Shown here: piece by piece, positions 43,805 through 52,817 of the stretch
Layout: each line of letters opens with the position of its first letter
How positions within the stretch are numbered: the stretch's first letter is position 1
Translations under genes and position numbers: made by a program
From: a virus
Taxonomy: Duplodnaviria > Caudoviricetes
IMG/VR virus record: IMGVR_UViG_3300025924_000017
Span: 1-64,000 of that record
Reading direction: 5' to 3' (one strand)
Length of the DNA: 64,000 nucleotides
The notes under the pieces: model-generated
Databases searched by the model: none
The model's input: only the letters and a program-made list of their open reading frames with translations
Told to the model about the DNA's origin: nothing

Positions 43805-46540
43805 ATGGTATATCTCCTCGAAGACCGTGCGCGTGCGCGCACCACGGTCAGACGCCTCAACGCTCTCGCTCTTGAGACCAAGACCGCCGCCGCGCGCGGC
43901 ATCGTGCTGCCGACCGAGCGCGAGCAGGCGCTCATCGCGCTGACGAACACTTCCGACCGCTCCAACCAGATCGAAGCGCTGATCGCGATGAGCGAGCGCA
44001 TGCGCAAGGAGCATCTCGCCAAGCTGAAGCCGCTGGCGCGCGACGAGTTCAACGCCTTCTGCGAATACGTCAACCCGGAAGAGCCGCCGGAATCCAAATG
44101 GCACATCTTCCTGACCGGCGAACTGCAAGCCATCGAGACCTTGGGCGGCAACGGCCGCTTCGTCCTGAACTGCCCGCCCGGTCACGCCAAGCCGCTCGAT
44201 ATCGAGACCCCGATCCTGATGGGCGACGGGCGCTGGAAGCGTCTCGGCGACGTCGAAGTCGGCGACAGCGTCATGACCCACCAAAGCCGCCCGCGTAAAG
44301 TCACGGCCGTCCACGAGCAGGGCACGCTCGATACCCTGAAGATCACGACCCGGCAGGGCCGCGAGATCGTGACCGCGCCCGACCATTCGTTCCTGATGCG
44401 CGCCCAGCGCGGCGGCGTCTTGGGCGCCGAAGTCTTCCGCGACGCCAAGGGTCTCTACCCGGGCGACGTGTTGTCGTTTCCGAAGGTCAAGAACTGGGTG
44501 GACCGCTCCGGCAAGAGCCTCGCCGAGTTCGAGCTTGCCGCGCTGTTCGCCGCCCACGGCAGCCGGACCTACGCCAAGGATCGCACCAAGACGCGGACCT
44601 ACCTGAACGCGTTCCTCATCTGCAAGGATGAGACGCGCTCGGCGTCGATGCGCGCCACCTTGACCGCGCTCGGCATCCCACACAAGCACTGGCTGACGCA
44701 GACCGACAGCCTGCACTTCATCCGGATCGAGACCAAGTCGGCCGACGCGCTCGCCGCCGATTATGGACTGAACGATAACGTTCGGGTCCGGCGGGTTCCG
44801 GCGTTCGTGCACCGGGGCGGCGCCGCCGAAGTCCGCAAATACATCGAGACCTATGTCGATCACAAAGCCGAAGTGCTGGCGCGCTACAAGCTCCCGCGCA
44901 TCAAAATTTCGTTCCAGAGCGACAAGCTGGCGCGCGACTTCCAAGGCTTGCTCGCCCGGTTCGCGGTCCCGTCCACGCTCTCCTACAAGACCGGGCGCAC
45001 CGCGCTGGTGCTCACCCATGAGGAGCTTGCGCTCTACCTGCGCAGCTTCAACTATCGTGGCCCGCACCTCGACCGGCTGAACCGCAAGCTCGACAGCGCA
45101 CCGACGCCGCGCACCGTCCCGGGCGATCACGTACTCGCCATCGTCAAGCACAAACCGCGTCCCTGCCGCTGCCTCACCGTCGAGCAGGATCACACCTTCA
45201 TCGCCAACGGCGTGGTCGTCCACAATTCCACATACGCCAGCCGTCAATATATCGCATGGCGCCTCGGCCGCCGTCCGCGTGACAAGATCATCGGCGGCGG
45301 TCACAGCCAGCGCTTCGTCGAGAACGAGTTCTCCAAGAAGATTCGCGATCTGGTGCAGGGGCCGGAATATCAGGCGGTCTTCCCCGAGATCATCATCGAC
45401 AAGGACACCTCGGCGAAAGACCAGTGGGCCGTCATCACCGGCGGACAGTATGTCGCCAAAGGCGCCGGTCAGGCGGTCCACGGTTTCCGCGCCAACTTCA
45501 TCTGCGTGGACGATCCCTATCCCAAGATCGAACTCGCCGAGAGCCCGGTTGTGCGCGAGAAGGTGAAGACGTGGTTCTTCGGCGACCTTGGCACGCGTCT
45601 GCTACCGGGCGCGACCATCTTCGTGATCATGACGCGATTCCACGAAGACGACCTCACCGCGTCGATCATGGAAGCCAATAAGATTCTTGCTCCGGCGAGC
45701 CGCTATCGGATCGTTGAGGCGCCTGCGATCTGCTACGACCCTGAAAACGACGTGATTGGCCGCGACTTGGGTGAAGTTCTTTGGGACTTTTACTCGCTCG
45801 AATATCTCGCCGAAAAAAGAGACACACAAAGTTACCAAAGATTTAGTCTGATCTACCAGCAGGACGCCAACGCGACCGACGACTCCTCGATTGCGTCCAA
45901 ATTCAAGATTTACGATCAGGCGCCGCACGCCACACCGGAAGCGCTCAAGGATGCCGAGCGCAAGAACCAGCGCGACGCTGGCGGACGCGTCACGGTCAAC
46001 AAGCGCGACTATTACCGGCGCATCACCTTGAGCGTCGATACCGCGACCAAGGCGAACGAGCGCGCCAACTACTCGGTGTTGCAGGTCTGGGGCGAGACGG
46101 CCGACAAGAAGCATTACCTGTTGGATCAAGTGCGCGGAAAATGGGAACTGCCCGATCTGACGCGCCAGATCAACAAATTGGCCGCCAAACACGGTGTAGA
46201 TTCGATCATCGTCGAAGATAAGGGCAACGGCACCAGCTACATTCAGGAGCAGGGTAAGACCGACTTCCAAGCGCGCAAGGCTCCGGCGCCGGTGATCGCG
46301 ATCAAGGTCAATGCCAACCAGTCGAAGGAGTTCCGCTTCGAGGAGGTCAAGCCGATGATCGAGACCGGCGAGGTCTTCCTGCCGAAGCAGGCCGACTGGC
46401 TGCCACTCTTCATCCGGGAGGTGTCCCAGTTCCCGGATGGCGCCAACGACGACCAAGTGGACGCCATGACCCAGTACCTTCGCTGGGTGAAGACCAAGCG
46501 CCGCCGGGGTGGTACCAAAAAGGCGGTCGCGGGTGGCTGA
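43805..46540 (+). CDS. terL: terminase large subunit (intein-containing)
   Basis: Walker A PPGHAK|ST, Walker B ICVDDP, MTRFH, nuclease SVDTA..IIVEDKG..DDQVDA. Confidence 0.95.
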   Translation: MVYLLEDRARARTTVRRLNALALETKTAAARGIVLPTEREQALIALTNTSDRSNQIEALIAMSERMRKEHLAKLKPLARDEFNAFCEYVNPEEPPESKWHIFLTGELQAIETLGGNGRFVLNCPPGHAKPLDIETPILMGDGRWKRLGDVEVGDSVMTHQSRPRKVTAVHEQGTLDTLKITTRQGREIVTAPDHSFLMRAQRGGVLGAEVFRDAKGLYPGDVLSFPKVKNWVDRSGKSLAEFELAALFAAHGSRTYAKDRTKTRTYLNAFLICKDETRSASMRATLTALGIPHKHWLTQTDSLHFIRIETKSADALAADYGLNDNVRVRRVPAFVHRGGAAEVRKYIETYVDHKAEVLARYKLPRIKISFQSDKLARDFQGLLARFAVPSTLSYKTGRTALVLTHEELALYLRSFNYRGPHLDRLNRKLDSAPTPRTVPGDHVLAIVKHKPRPCRCLTVEQDHTFIANGVVVHNSTYASRQYIAWRLGRRPRDKIIGGGHSQRFVENEFSKKIRDLVQGPEYQAVFPEIIIDKDTSAKDQWAVITGGQYVAKGAGQAVHGFRANFICVDDPYPKIELAESPVVREKVKTWFFGDLGTRLLPGATIFVIMTRFHEDDLTASIMEANKILAPASRYRIVEAPAICYDPENDVIGRDLGEVLWDFYSLEYLAEKRDTQSYQRFSLIYQQDANATDDSSIASKFKIYDQAPHATPEALKDAERKNQRDAGGRVTVNKRDYYRRITLSVDTATKANERANYSVLQVWGETADKKHYLLDQVRGKWELPDLTRQINKLAAKHGVDSIIVEDKGNGTSYIQEQGKTDFQARKAPAPVIAIKVNANQSKEFRFEEVKPMIETGEVFLPKQADWLPLFIREVSQFPDGANDDQVDAMTQYLRWVKTKRRRGGTKKAVAGG
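44192..45226 (+). mobile_element. intein (345 aa), Pro1 / block-F Cys, degenerate LAGLIDADG domain
   Basis: Starts PLDIETPILMGDG, block B TAPDH, block F PCRCLTV, ends VVHN|S. Confidence 0.9.
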
Positions 46541-46555
46541 CCCAAGCACGCGGGC

Positions 46556-46685
46556 GTTTACCAACGCCGCGAATAGGTTAACGGGTGGGACTTTTGAGAT
46601 TGCGTCTCACTACGCGTTAACCAATGACGCGACTAGGTTAACGAGGCCCATCCGGGCCGTTTACCAAGGCGCGATCTGGGTTAAT
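46556..46685. repeat. three 27-bp palindromes (GTTAACCAAT-N7-ATTGGTTAAC family)
   Basis: Copies at 46556, 46616, 46659, right after the TerL stop. Confidence 0.8.
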
Positions 46686-46765
46686 GCCGCCGCCCAGCCG
46701 AAGGCGGCGAGCGCGATGGTGGCGACGGCGAGGAGCGGGGCGAGTTCGAGCAGCCGGATGGTCAT
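46661..46765 (-). CDS. possible small membrane peptide
   Basis: MTIRLLELAPLLAVATIALAAFGW.. Confidence 0.35.
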   Translation of the reverse strand: MTIRLLELAPLLAVATIALAAFGWAAALTQIAPW

Positions 46766-47176
46766 GACGCGATCTCTACCGCGCCTGTCCGCGTTCGTCA
46801 ACAGACTGCCGCGATCTGCGGCACCCGGGCACCACCGCGTCGCGATCCCGGACACCCATGTCATAGATCAGCGATTTCGTGACACATCGCCGAAATGCGC
46901 AACAAAAACAAGGCACTCTGCCATTCCTATGGCTGTGGCCCAAAAGTCATCCCGCAGTGCAGCATCAAGATGTTGTAGTTCCTGACAGTCTGTCAGCACA
47001 GGCCGACCGTCACGACACTCCTTGACAAAATCCTAGACCTGTGACCCGGCGATGTCACCTTTCCGGGCTTTCGTGACCTCGAAATGTCCGGATTTGGCCG
47101 GGAAATGTCCGGATTCGGCCCAAAATCCCCGTTTTCCGCCTCAAAATCCGGGCAAATCGTGTCCGGATACGTCCGG

Positions 47177-47392
47177 ATACCGTGCGCGAGCGCATTGTCC
47201 GGCTGGTCCTACCGCGCGCGAGATCGATCTCTACCGCGCGCAGGCGCATTTGGGCGCCCGGGCCTACCGTGCGCGCCTTCGTTGTCCGGCTGGCCCTACC
47301 GCGCGCAGAATCGTTCTCTACCGTGCGCGCTCGCGTTCTGTGGCGCGTCCTATCGTGCGCGATCTCATTGTCCGGCGCGCCCTACCGCGCGC
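47177..47392 (+). repeat. helically phased array of 8 CTACCGYGCGC motifs
   Basis: Starts 47177, 47209, 47231, 47264, 47296, 47318, 47350, 47382. Confidence 0.85.
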
Positions 47393-47429
47393 TGGCGCAT
47401 TAACCGGCGCGGGCACAACCTTAACGGCC

Positions 47430-47550
47430 GTTAACCTTTCGAGGTCATTGGTTAACGCCCGCCCGCCAGCCCGCTTGCGTTAACCAATTGCCGTCATTGG
47501 TTAACGGCCCTTCAGCGCCCGGCGTTAACCAATTGCCAGCATTGGTTACC
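47430..47550. repeat. three 27-bp palindromes
   Basis: Copies at 47430, 47479, 47524. Confidence 0.9.
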
Positions 47551-47564
47551 GGCCCCGGCGGCGG

Positions 47565-47870
47565 TCACAGACGGCGCACCGCGCCGTCCGCCCCGATCTC
47601 GAACCGGGTCGAAACCTTGGTGCGCTCGAAGAAAGTCCGCTGCCCAGCCAGAATCTCGGCATCCGTGCCGTGATCGACGTCGCCGGGGGCCGGGTCTATG
47701 ACGATATCGCGCCACGGGACCGGCTTGTCATTGTTCACCTTGCGGACTTCGCGCTTCACCGCCGCGCAGATGGCGCGCCAGCGCAGCCCGGGCGCGCAGC
47801 GGAACAGGGCCACGATAGGCCAGTCCGGAACGTTACCCGACAAGACCAGCAGATAGCGTTCCTTGGTCAT
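47565..47870 (-). CDS. hypothetical protein
   Basis: GGAGG RBS; MTKERYLL.. Confidence 0.65.
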   Translation of the reverse strand: MTKERYLLVLSGNVPDWPIVALFRCAPGLRWRAICAAVKREVRKVNNDKPVPWRDIVIDPAPGDVDHGTDAEILAGQRTFFERTKVSTRFEIGADGAVRRL

Positions 47871-48055
47871 TTGGCCTCCCATGTCGTGCAGGTTTCACCC
47901 TCCAGCGGTCCCACCGCCATGCGTTCGCGGTTGCCATAGCGCAGCGAGTAGGGCAGGCGTTCCGCAGGCCACGTACAGAGACCCAGCGCCTCCGCCGGGT
48001 CATCGTCCGGCGCGAAGTCCGGGTCGAACCATTTGCAGGTCCCGCAGGTCTTCAT
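47867..48055 (-). CDS. small Cys-rich protein
   Basis: MKTCGTCKWF..C..C. Confidence 0.65.
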   Translation of the reverse strand: MKTCGTCKWFDPDFAPDDDPAEALGLCTWPAERLPYSLRYGNRERMAVGPLEGETCTTWEAK

Positions 48056-48354
48056 GCCGTCACCGCCGCGCGTACGATCTCCAGATTACGCCCGGCGCGC
48101 TCGCAGGCGTCGGCGAGTTCCAGCGCCTTGACGCGGTCGCCCGCATCCCGGGCCGCCAGCGCGCGGCCTCCGAAGTCGCGCACCTGCCGGGTGAACGTGT
48201 CCAAGAGGAACGTTGCCAGCGGGTCGCGACTCCTGATCTCGACCGCCCGCTTATGCAGCGCGCGGCCGTGTTCCTCGGCTTGCGCCGCGAAGGCGTTTTC
48301 GACCGATGCCCGCAGGCGTGTGCCGAGGGTGCCTGTCATGCGCACGCGGGCCAC
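48052..48354 (-). CDS. hypothetical protein
   Basis: Overlap chain; start uncertain. Confidence 0.55.
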   Translation of the reverse strand: MARVRMTGTLGTRLRASVENAFAAQAEEHGRALHKRAVEIRSRDPLATFLLDTFTRQVRDFGGRALAARDAGDRVKALELADACERAGRNLEIVRAAVTA

Positions 48355-48572
48355 GCAGCGATGCGAGCCTCCTGCCGGGCCATCCGCGCGGCAGCACCCA
48401 CCACAAGCGCGGCGAGCGCGCCGGTCGGCGTGTGTCCGTTGCGGCGCAAACGTGCCACCGTGTTCAATAGCCCGGCGGTAGACCCGCGCGGGGTCTCGAC
48501 CGGCGCGTAATGGATCAGGCAGGCGTCTGCCGCCCCGTAGCGTGTGATGCTATCGCGTTTCCAGCGGGTCAT
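48336..48572 (-). CDS. hypothetical protein
   Basis: MTRWKRD.. Confidence 0.55.
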   Translation of the reverse strand: MTRWKRDSITRYGAADACLIHYAPVETPRGSTAGLLNTVARLRRNGHTPTGALAALVVGAAARMARQEARIAAWPACA

Positions 48573-48576
48573 GCGA

Positions 48577-48969
48577 TCACTGCCCCGGCGCGAGATAGAA
48601 CCGAATCCACTGCGCCACGACCGGGCCATTACCCTTGAAGCCGTCCTCGGACGCTTCCGCCACCCGGGCGATTTCGTCCCATGACTGGTCCGCGCCATCG
48701 GTCGCGAACTGAGCCGCCGCCTCGTGCACGTAATTCGACCCGTAACCGGTCAGCGGGTTTGCCAGAAACGCTCCGCAATTTTCGCAGTGCTGGGGCGTAT
48801 CCGCCTCACCGCCTCCGTAGGAGTAGGGGCCTTTTGGGAACGCATCCGACTCATAGGTGACTTCGTCCGCGATGTTGGCGGGCGCTTTGCCCTCGGCGGT
48901 CAGATCACGCCGGATGGCATTGCCGCAATCTTCACAGTAGAGCGCGGCCCGGTAGACAAAAGCTTTCAT
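48577..48969 (-). CDS. conserved phage early protein (YCEDC..DTPQHC..CG..L.NPLT)
   Basis: GGAGTCGCAAATG start. Confidence 0.75.
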   Translation of the reverse strand: MKAFVYRAALYCEDCGNAIRRDLTAEGKAPANIADEVTYESDAFPKGPYSYGGGEADTPQHCENCGAFLANPLTGYGSNYVHEAAAQFATDGADQSWDEIARVAEASEDGFKGNGPVVAQWIRFYLAPGQ

Positions 48970-49000
48970 TTGCGACTCCGTTGGTTCTTGATTGTGCGCC

Positions 49001-49063
49001 CTTGTAGCATGGAATTATTTTGTCTGTCAAGGGTTGACAGTTCAGATTTCGCCGTGCTAGAAC
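49001..49063. promoter_or_regulatory. back-to-back sigma70 promoter pair
   Basis: TGTCAA-GGG-TTGACA 49025-49039 with a -10 on each side. Confidence 0.8.
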
Positions 49064-49091
49064 AGCGTCACAACGAAAAACGGAGTCGCGA

Positions 49092-49301
49092 ATGAAACGG
49101 AAAGGTGTAACGGGTTTGAAACTGTGGCGCGCCCGCGTCCAGAAAGTCTACGCCTCGCTGGCCGAACTGCGGGCCTATGACGAGACGTTCGAGATCGTGA
49201 AGCGCTGCGGCTATCGCAACGCGGAATCGCTGTGGAACGCCAACCCCCTATTGCAGGGTTCGACCCACCCGGCGGATTTTGGAGTCGCAAATGCACACTG
49301 A
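49092..49301 (+). CDS. hypothetical protein
   Basis: GGAGTCGCGAATG start. Confidence 0.7.
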   Translation: MKRKGVTGLKLWRARVQKVYASLAELRAYDETFEIVKRCGYRNAESLWNANPLLQGSTHPADFGVANAH

Positions 49302-49491
49302 CGAATTCTGCAAGACCTTGGACGCCTTGGATCGCGCGGACGCGATCAAGGCCATTCACGCCGCTTTCCTCCAACTGAGCGCGATGGGCGTGCAGGTCGA
49401 AGTCAACGGCACGACCTATGACAATGAGCCCGCCATCTCGCGGCTGAAAGCCTGCATGGTCTCCGCCGGTCACATCGGGTTCACGTCATGA
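49291..49491 (+). CDS. hypothetical protein
   Basis: GGAGTCGCAAATG start. Confidence 0.7.
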   Translation: MHTDEFCKTLDALDRADAIKAIHAAFLQLSAMGVQVEVNGTTYDNEPAISRLKACMVSAGHIGFTS

Positions 49492-49790
49492 CGGCGCGCC
49501 GGGGCACACGCTCGATCCTGCCGAACAGCAACAGCGCCATCCTCGCGCCGATGGCTTACGGGCTACAAGTCCGCTGGCACGAAGAACTGGACTCGCATGT
49601 GCTCTACCACGGCGAGCAGCGCGTGGCGGGCCATCACAACGGCTTTTCCTGCCACGAACTCGCCAAGCGCATCCTGTCCGGCAATGCCGAACGCGCGACG
49701 GCGCAATTCGACTACATCACCGCGTGTGGCGGTCAGCATTACATCACACACGAAGCCTTCGCAACCATCCTCACAGGAGTCACACACTGA
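49488..49790 (+). CDS. hypothetical protein
   Basis: ATGA overlap. Confidence 0.65.
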   Translation: MTARRGTRSILPNSNSAILAPMAYGLQVRWHEELDSHVLYHGEQRVAGHHNGFSCHELAKRILSGNAERATAQFDYITACGGQHYITHEAFATILTGVTH

Positions 49791-49791
49791 C

Positions 49792-49917
49792 ATGCATACC
49801 CGGCACCACGGCCACGGCCATCACGGTGGCGCGGGCTTCGCGCTCCTCGCCTTCATCCCCGGCTATCGGTTTTTCCTGATGCTGATGGCCTTGATCGTGA
49901 TGTGCGGCGGGACGTGA
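49792..49917 (+). CDS. His-rich small membrane protein, paralog 1
   Basis: MHTRHHGHGHHGG..PGYRFFLM..CGGT. Confidence 0.65.
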   Translation: MHTRHHGHGHHGGAGFALLAFIPGYRFFLMLMALIVMCGGT

Positions 49918-49940
49918 TCCCACCGCCGTCCGGCACTTGC

Positions 49941-49967
49941 GTTAACTGTTCGCGGCGATTGGTAAAC
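49941..49967. repeat. 27-bp palindrome
   Basis: GTTAACTGTT-N7-ATTGGTAAAC. Confidence 0.8.
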
Positions 49968-50128
49968 GCGGGCGAACCGCCGGGCTCAGTCCTCCGGGTA
50001 TGTGGTGGCGCGCGCCGCCTTGTCCCACGAGTAGACATGGAACGCGCGATCAGTTGGGAGAATGAGCCTCATCAACTGGTAAGAGGCCTCAAGATCAATC
50101 GCGCGGGCCAATGCTTCGTATAGGGCTT

Positions 50129-50479
50129 TCATGCGGCGGCGCGCGCCTCGCGTACGACCTCAGCCCATAACGCCTTGCACTCGGCGCGATGCTTCGCCGC
50201 CGCCCCGGGCGTGAACTGGGATTCGAAACTGTCACAGCCCTTCATGAGTTTCCCCAACTGATTGTTGAGCGCGATGGACTCAAAAAGCCCGGTGGTTTTG
50301 TCGCCCGCATTGCGCATGCGGCCCGTGTAGACGATCCAGAGGAAGTCCACGCCCTCAGTTTTGTCATAGGCCGCTTGCCACGCTTCGGGCGTGCCAGCCT
50401 TCACGGCTTCCATGTGGAAGTGTGCGATGGTTTCCGCCAGCACACCCTCACCCAGCAAAAAATCGGCGTGGGACTTCAT
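50129..50479 (-). CDS. hypothetical protein
   Basis: ATGA overlap. Confidence 0.65.
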   Translation of the reverse strand: MKSHADFLLGEGVLAETIAHFHMEAVKAGTPEAWQAAYDKTEGVDFLWIVYTGRMRNAGDKTTGLFESIALNNQLGKLMKGCDSFESQFTPGAAAKHRAECKALWAEVVREARAAA

Positions 50480-50649
50480 GCGGCGGCCTTGTCATACTGG
50501 ATTTTGACGCCGAGACCCTTCGCCTCCCGGTACCACACCGGGTAGATCGAGACCGCTCCCCACGGTTTTGTCTCCGTGACCCAGTAGGTCCACTTCAAGC
50601 GCTCGCTCGGCAACCGCCGATAAGCACGCACCAGAAATTCCGATTTCAT
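50476..50649 (-). CDS. hypothetical protein
   Basis: GGAGTCGCAAATG start. Confidence 0.7.
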   Translation of the reverse strand: MKSEFLVRAYRRLPSERLKWTYWVTETKPWGAVSIYPVWYREAKGLGVKIQYDKAAA

Positions 50650-50679
50650 TTGCGACTCCGTGTGTGTTGTTGTGCCGGT

Positions 50680-50740
50680 CTTATCGCATAAAAGATTTTG
50701 TCCGTCAAGTGTTGACATTCACAAAGCGCCCGGCTATAAC
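50680..50740. promoter_or_regulatory. back-to-back sigma70 promoter pair
   Basis: CGTCAA-GTG-TTGACA; -10 GATAAG (-) and TATAAC (+). Confidence 0.8.
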
Positions 50741-50774
50741 CACGCCACAACAACGAACCAACACGGAGTCGCAA

Positions 50775-51281
50775 GTGAATCACGAACTCAGGATCAAATA
50801 CGGCACTAGCCGCGCCGCCAATACCTACGGTTACGGGCTTGTGAGCCTGTACGACGGCGGTAAGAAAGTCGCGGCCTGCAACGGCGGCGGTTACGACATG
50901 CGCGGGACGGTGTTCGGCGAATGGCTCGAAAAGACCTATCAGGAACGCCTCGTCGCGCTGGCGAAGGCAACCAAGGGCGCATTTGCGCGCGCCAACTGGA
51001 ACGGCGAACTGGGTGACGAGTCGAATTACGTCCGCCTCCCCGCTGATCGCAAGGTCGAGCTTTACGGCGGCACCTATTACGAGAACGGCAGCCGCGAGAG
51101 CGTTCACGGCCGCAAGGGTGCCCAGAAATACATCGCCAAGCCGCCGCATGTGACGTTGGATGGCGGTTGCGGGTTCGAGTCGATTTACCGGATCGCCAAG
51201 GCCATCGGCCTCAACGTCCGCACGGTTGACGCTGGGAAGAAACTCGACATCCTCCTGATCGAGGACACGAAACCCGGGTAA
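50775..51281 (+). CDS. conserved phage early protein
   Basis: GGAGTCGCAAGTG start; CNGGGYDMRGTVFG..LDGGCG. Confidence 0.75.
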   Translation: MNHELRIKYGTSRAANTYGYGLVSLYDGGKKVAACNGGGYDMRGTVFGEWLEKTYQERLVALAKATKGAFARANWNGELGDESNYVRLPADRKVELYGGTYYENGSRESVHGRKGAQKYIAKPPHVTLDGGCGFESIYRIAKAIGLNVRTVDAGKKLDILLIEDTKPG

Positions 51282-51368
51282 CAGTTGCGTCACGCCTGCG
51301 CCCTGCGTTCCCAAGACGCGCAGGCTTGACACTCCGGCGGATGCGCCCGCGAAGCCATCCGCAAGCCT

Positions 51369-51408
51369 GCCCCGGCGCTGGATCACTCCGGCGTCGGGGC
51401 TCTTTTTT
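51369..51408 (+). terminator. intrinsic terminator
   Basis: 14-bp stem with G-U pairs, then TCTTTTTT. Confidence 0.75.
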
Positions 51409-51416
51409 CTTGGGAT

Positions 51417-51443
51417 GTTAACCAGTCGCGTCGATTGGTAAAC
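51417..51443. repeat. 27-bp palindrome
   Basis: GTTAACCAGT-N7-ATTGGTAAAC. Confidence 0.85.
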
Positions 51444-51462
51444 GCGGGTGGCGCGGGCGCGC

Positions 51463-51846
51463 TCAGGTGATCTCGCGCCCGGTGTCGGCACACACGACCG
51501 GCTCATCTTCCTCCGCCATGCAACCGAGCGCCACGACGCGCCAGCCATCGCGCAGATTGAGCCGGACGGCTTCGAGCACGTCGCGCAGGTGTGCGCGGAC
51601 CGCCTCATAGCTCAATATCTCGCCGTCCGAGGTCATGAAGAAACACTCATAGCCGCCGGGCCAAGCGAACTTGCCCGCGCGCAGGGCCGACTTGACCTGC
51701 TGCATCCCTTTCAGGCCCAGAACGAAGTCGCGGCCGTGCACCGCGTAAGCCGCACGCAGCGGCGGCAGCTTGTTCCAGTCCGTGACCCGGGTGTCGTAGA
51801 GATCGCCGCCGGTCGCGACGAACAGGTGATCTGGCAGCTTGCTCAT
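51463..51846 (-). CDS. conserved phage early protein
   Basis: LRAGKFAWPGGY..FMTSDGE.LS motif. Confidence 0.7.
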   Translation of the reverse strand: MSKLPDHLFVATGGDLYDTRVTDWNKLPPLRAAYAVHGRDFVLGLKGMQQVKSALRAGKFAWPGGYECFFMTSDGEILSYEAVRAHLRDVLEAVRLNLRDGWRVVALGCMAEEDEPVVCADTGREIT

Positions 51847-52187
51847 AGCAGCACCGTGACCAGTGTCGGCGTGCGCGCTGAGTCCTCTTCCTTGCGGCTG
51901 TCGTAGGGCGTGCGGCCGAGCGCGAACGCCATGACGTCGAACTGTGGGCAATCGCGACCGCCGTTCTTGATGGTCCTGCCACTGTCATGGAAGCACACGT
52001 CCACGCAATCCGCCGGGCCGCCCTTGACATAGGGCTGGAACGCAAACGTCACGCGTTTGCCGTTGCTGAGCTTGGCGGTGATCGTATAGTTGCCATCCGG
52101 AACTTCCACGCACAGATGCGGGTTGGCGTTGAACCCGGCGAAACCCGCCGCGACCGCCTCGTCTTGGGATGCTTCCTTGAAATTCAT
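51843..52187 (-). CDS. hypothetical protein
   Basis: GGAGTCGCAAATG start. Confidence 0.72.
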   Translation of the reverse strand: MNFKEASQDEAVAAGFAGFNANPHLCVEVPDGNYTITAKLSNGKRVTFAFQPYVKGGPADCVDVCFHDSGRTIKNGGRDCPQFDVMAFALGRTPYDSRKEEDSARTPTLVTVLL

Positions 52188-52212
52188 TTGCGACTCCGTT
52201 TGTTGTGCGCCT

Positions 52213-52273
52213 CTTATAGCAGCAATTATTTTGTCCGTCAAGTGTTGACATTCAAAAATGTCCGGGCTATAAC
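52213..52273. promoter_or_regulatory. back-to-back sigma70 promoter pair
   Basis: ATTATTTTGTCCGTCAAGTGTTGACA; TATAAG (-), TATAAC (+). Confidence 0.85.
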
Positions 52274-52302
52274 GGCCGCAACAAACACAAACGGAGTCGC
52301 AA

Positions 52303-52731
52303 ATGGCAAAGCTTTCTGCAAACGGCCGCACGATTGTTGGCAGCATCGATTACATCGCCAGCACAAAGCGCGTCATGTCCGATGGCGTCATTCTGGAGAA
52401 CAAGGGCCACGGCTGGAAGGTCGCGGGCAAGGTGAAGCCGGGCTTCACACCCGAGCAGGCTTTCACGCAGGGCAAGGCCAAGCATGAAGCCACACTCGCC
52501 GCGCGTCCTGCGTTGGCGGCCTATCGCGCCGCCCTGCATGACGCCTGCGGGCTCGCCAAGCGCTGGGCGCTCCACACCGCGATCACCTTGATGCCGGACG
52601 ACCCGGATGGCGTGTGGTCGAACTGCGTGGACAGCTATCCCAAAGTCGATGCGGACCTCGATGACATCGTGAGGCTTTGCGGGCTCTACACCCGCGCCAA
52701 GGCAGAGAAGGAGGAGGCGGCGGTCGCGTAA
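52303..52731 (+). CDS. hypothetical protein
   Basis: GGAGTCGCAAATG start. Confidence 0.75.
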   Translation: MAKLSANGRTIVGSIDYIASTKRVMSDGVILENKGHGWKVAGKVKPGFTPEQAFTQGKAKHEATLAARPALAAYRAALHDACGLAKRWALHTAITLMPDDPDGVWSNCVDSYPKVDADLDDIVRLCGLYTRAKAEKEEAAVA

Positions 52732-52748
52732 GCGCCGCCAGCGCGCAC

Positions 52749-52775
52749 GTTTACCAATTGCGGAGATTGGTTACC
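52749..52775. repeat. 27-bp palindrome
   Basis: GTTTACCAAT-N7-ATTGGTTACC. Confidence 0.85.
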
Positions 52776-52817
52776 GCGCGGTATGCGGGCGCGGGGCTCC
52801 AAGCCGCGCCGGTTTGG

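Noticed and set aside
43793-45481. 562-aa minus-strand ORF
   Set aside because: Antisense shadow of terL caused by high-GC codon bias; no motifs or RBS. The same applies to 952..2172, 20520..21359, 45602..46564 and 55446..56768.
47052-47483. ORFs across the CTACC array
   Set aside because: The translations are repeat-derived (YRAR/LPRA units); the region is better explained as a cis-acting array.
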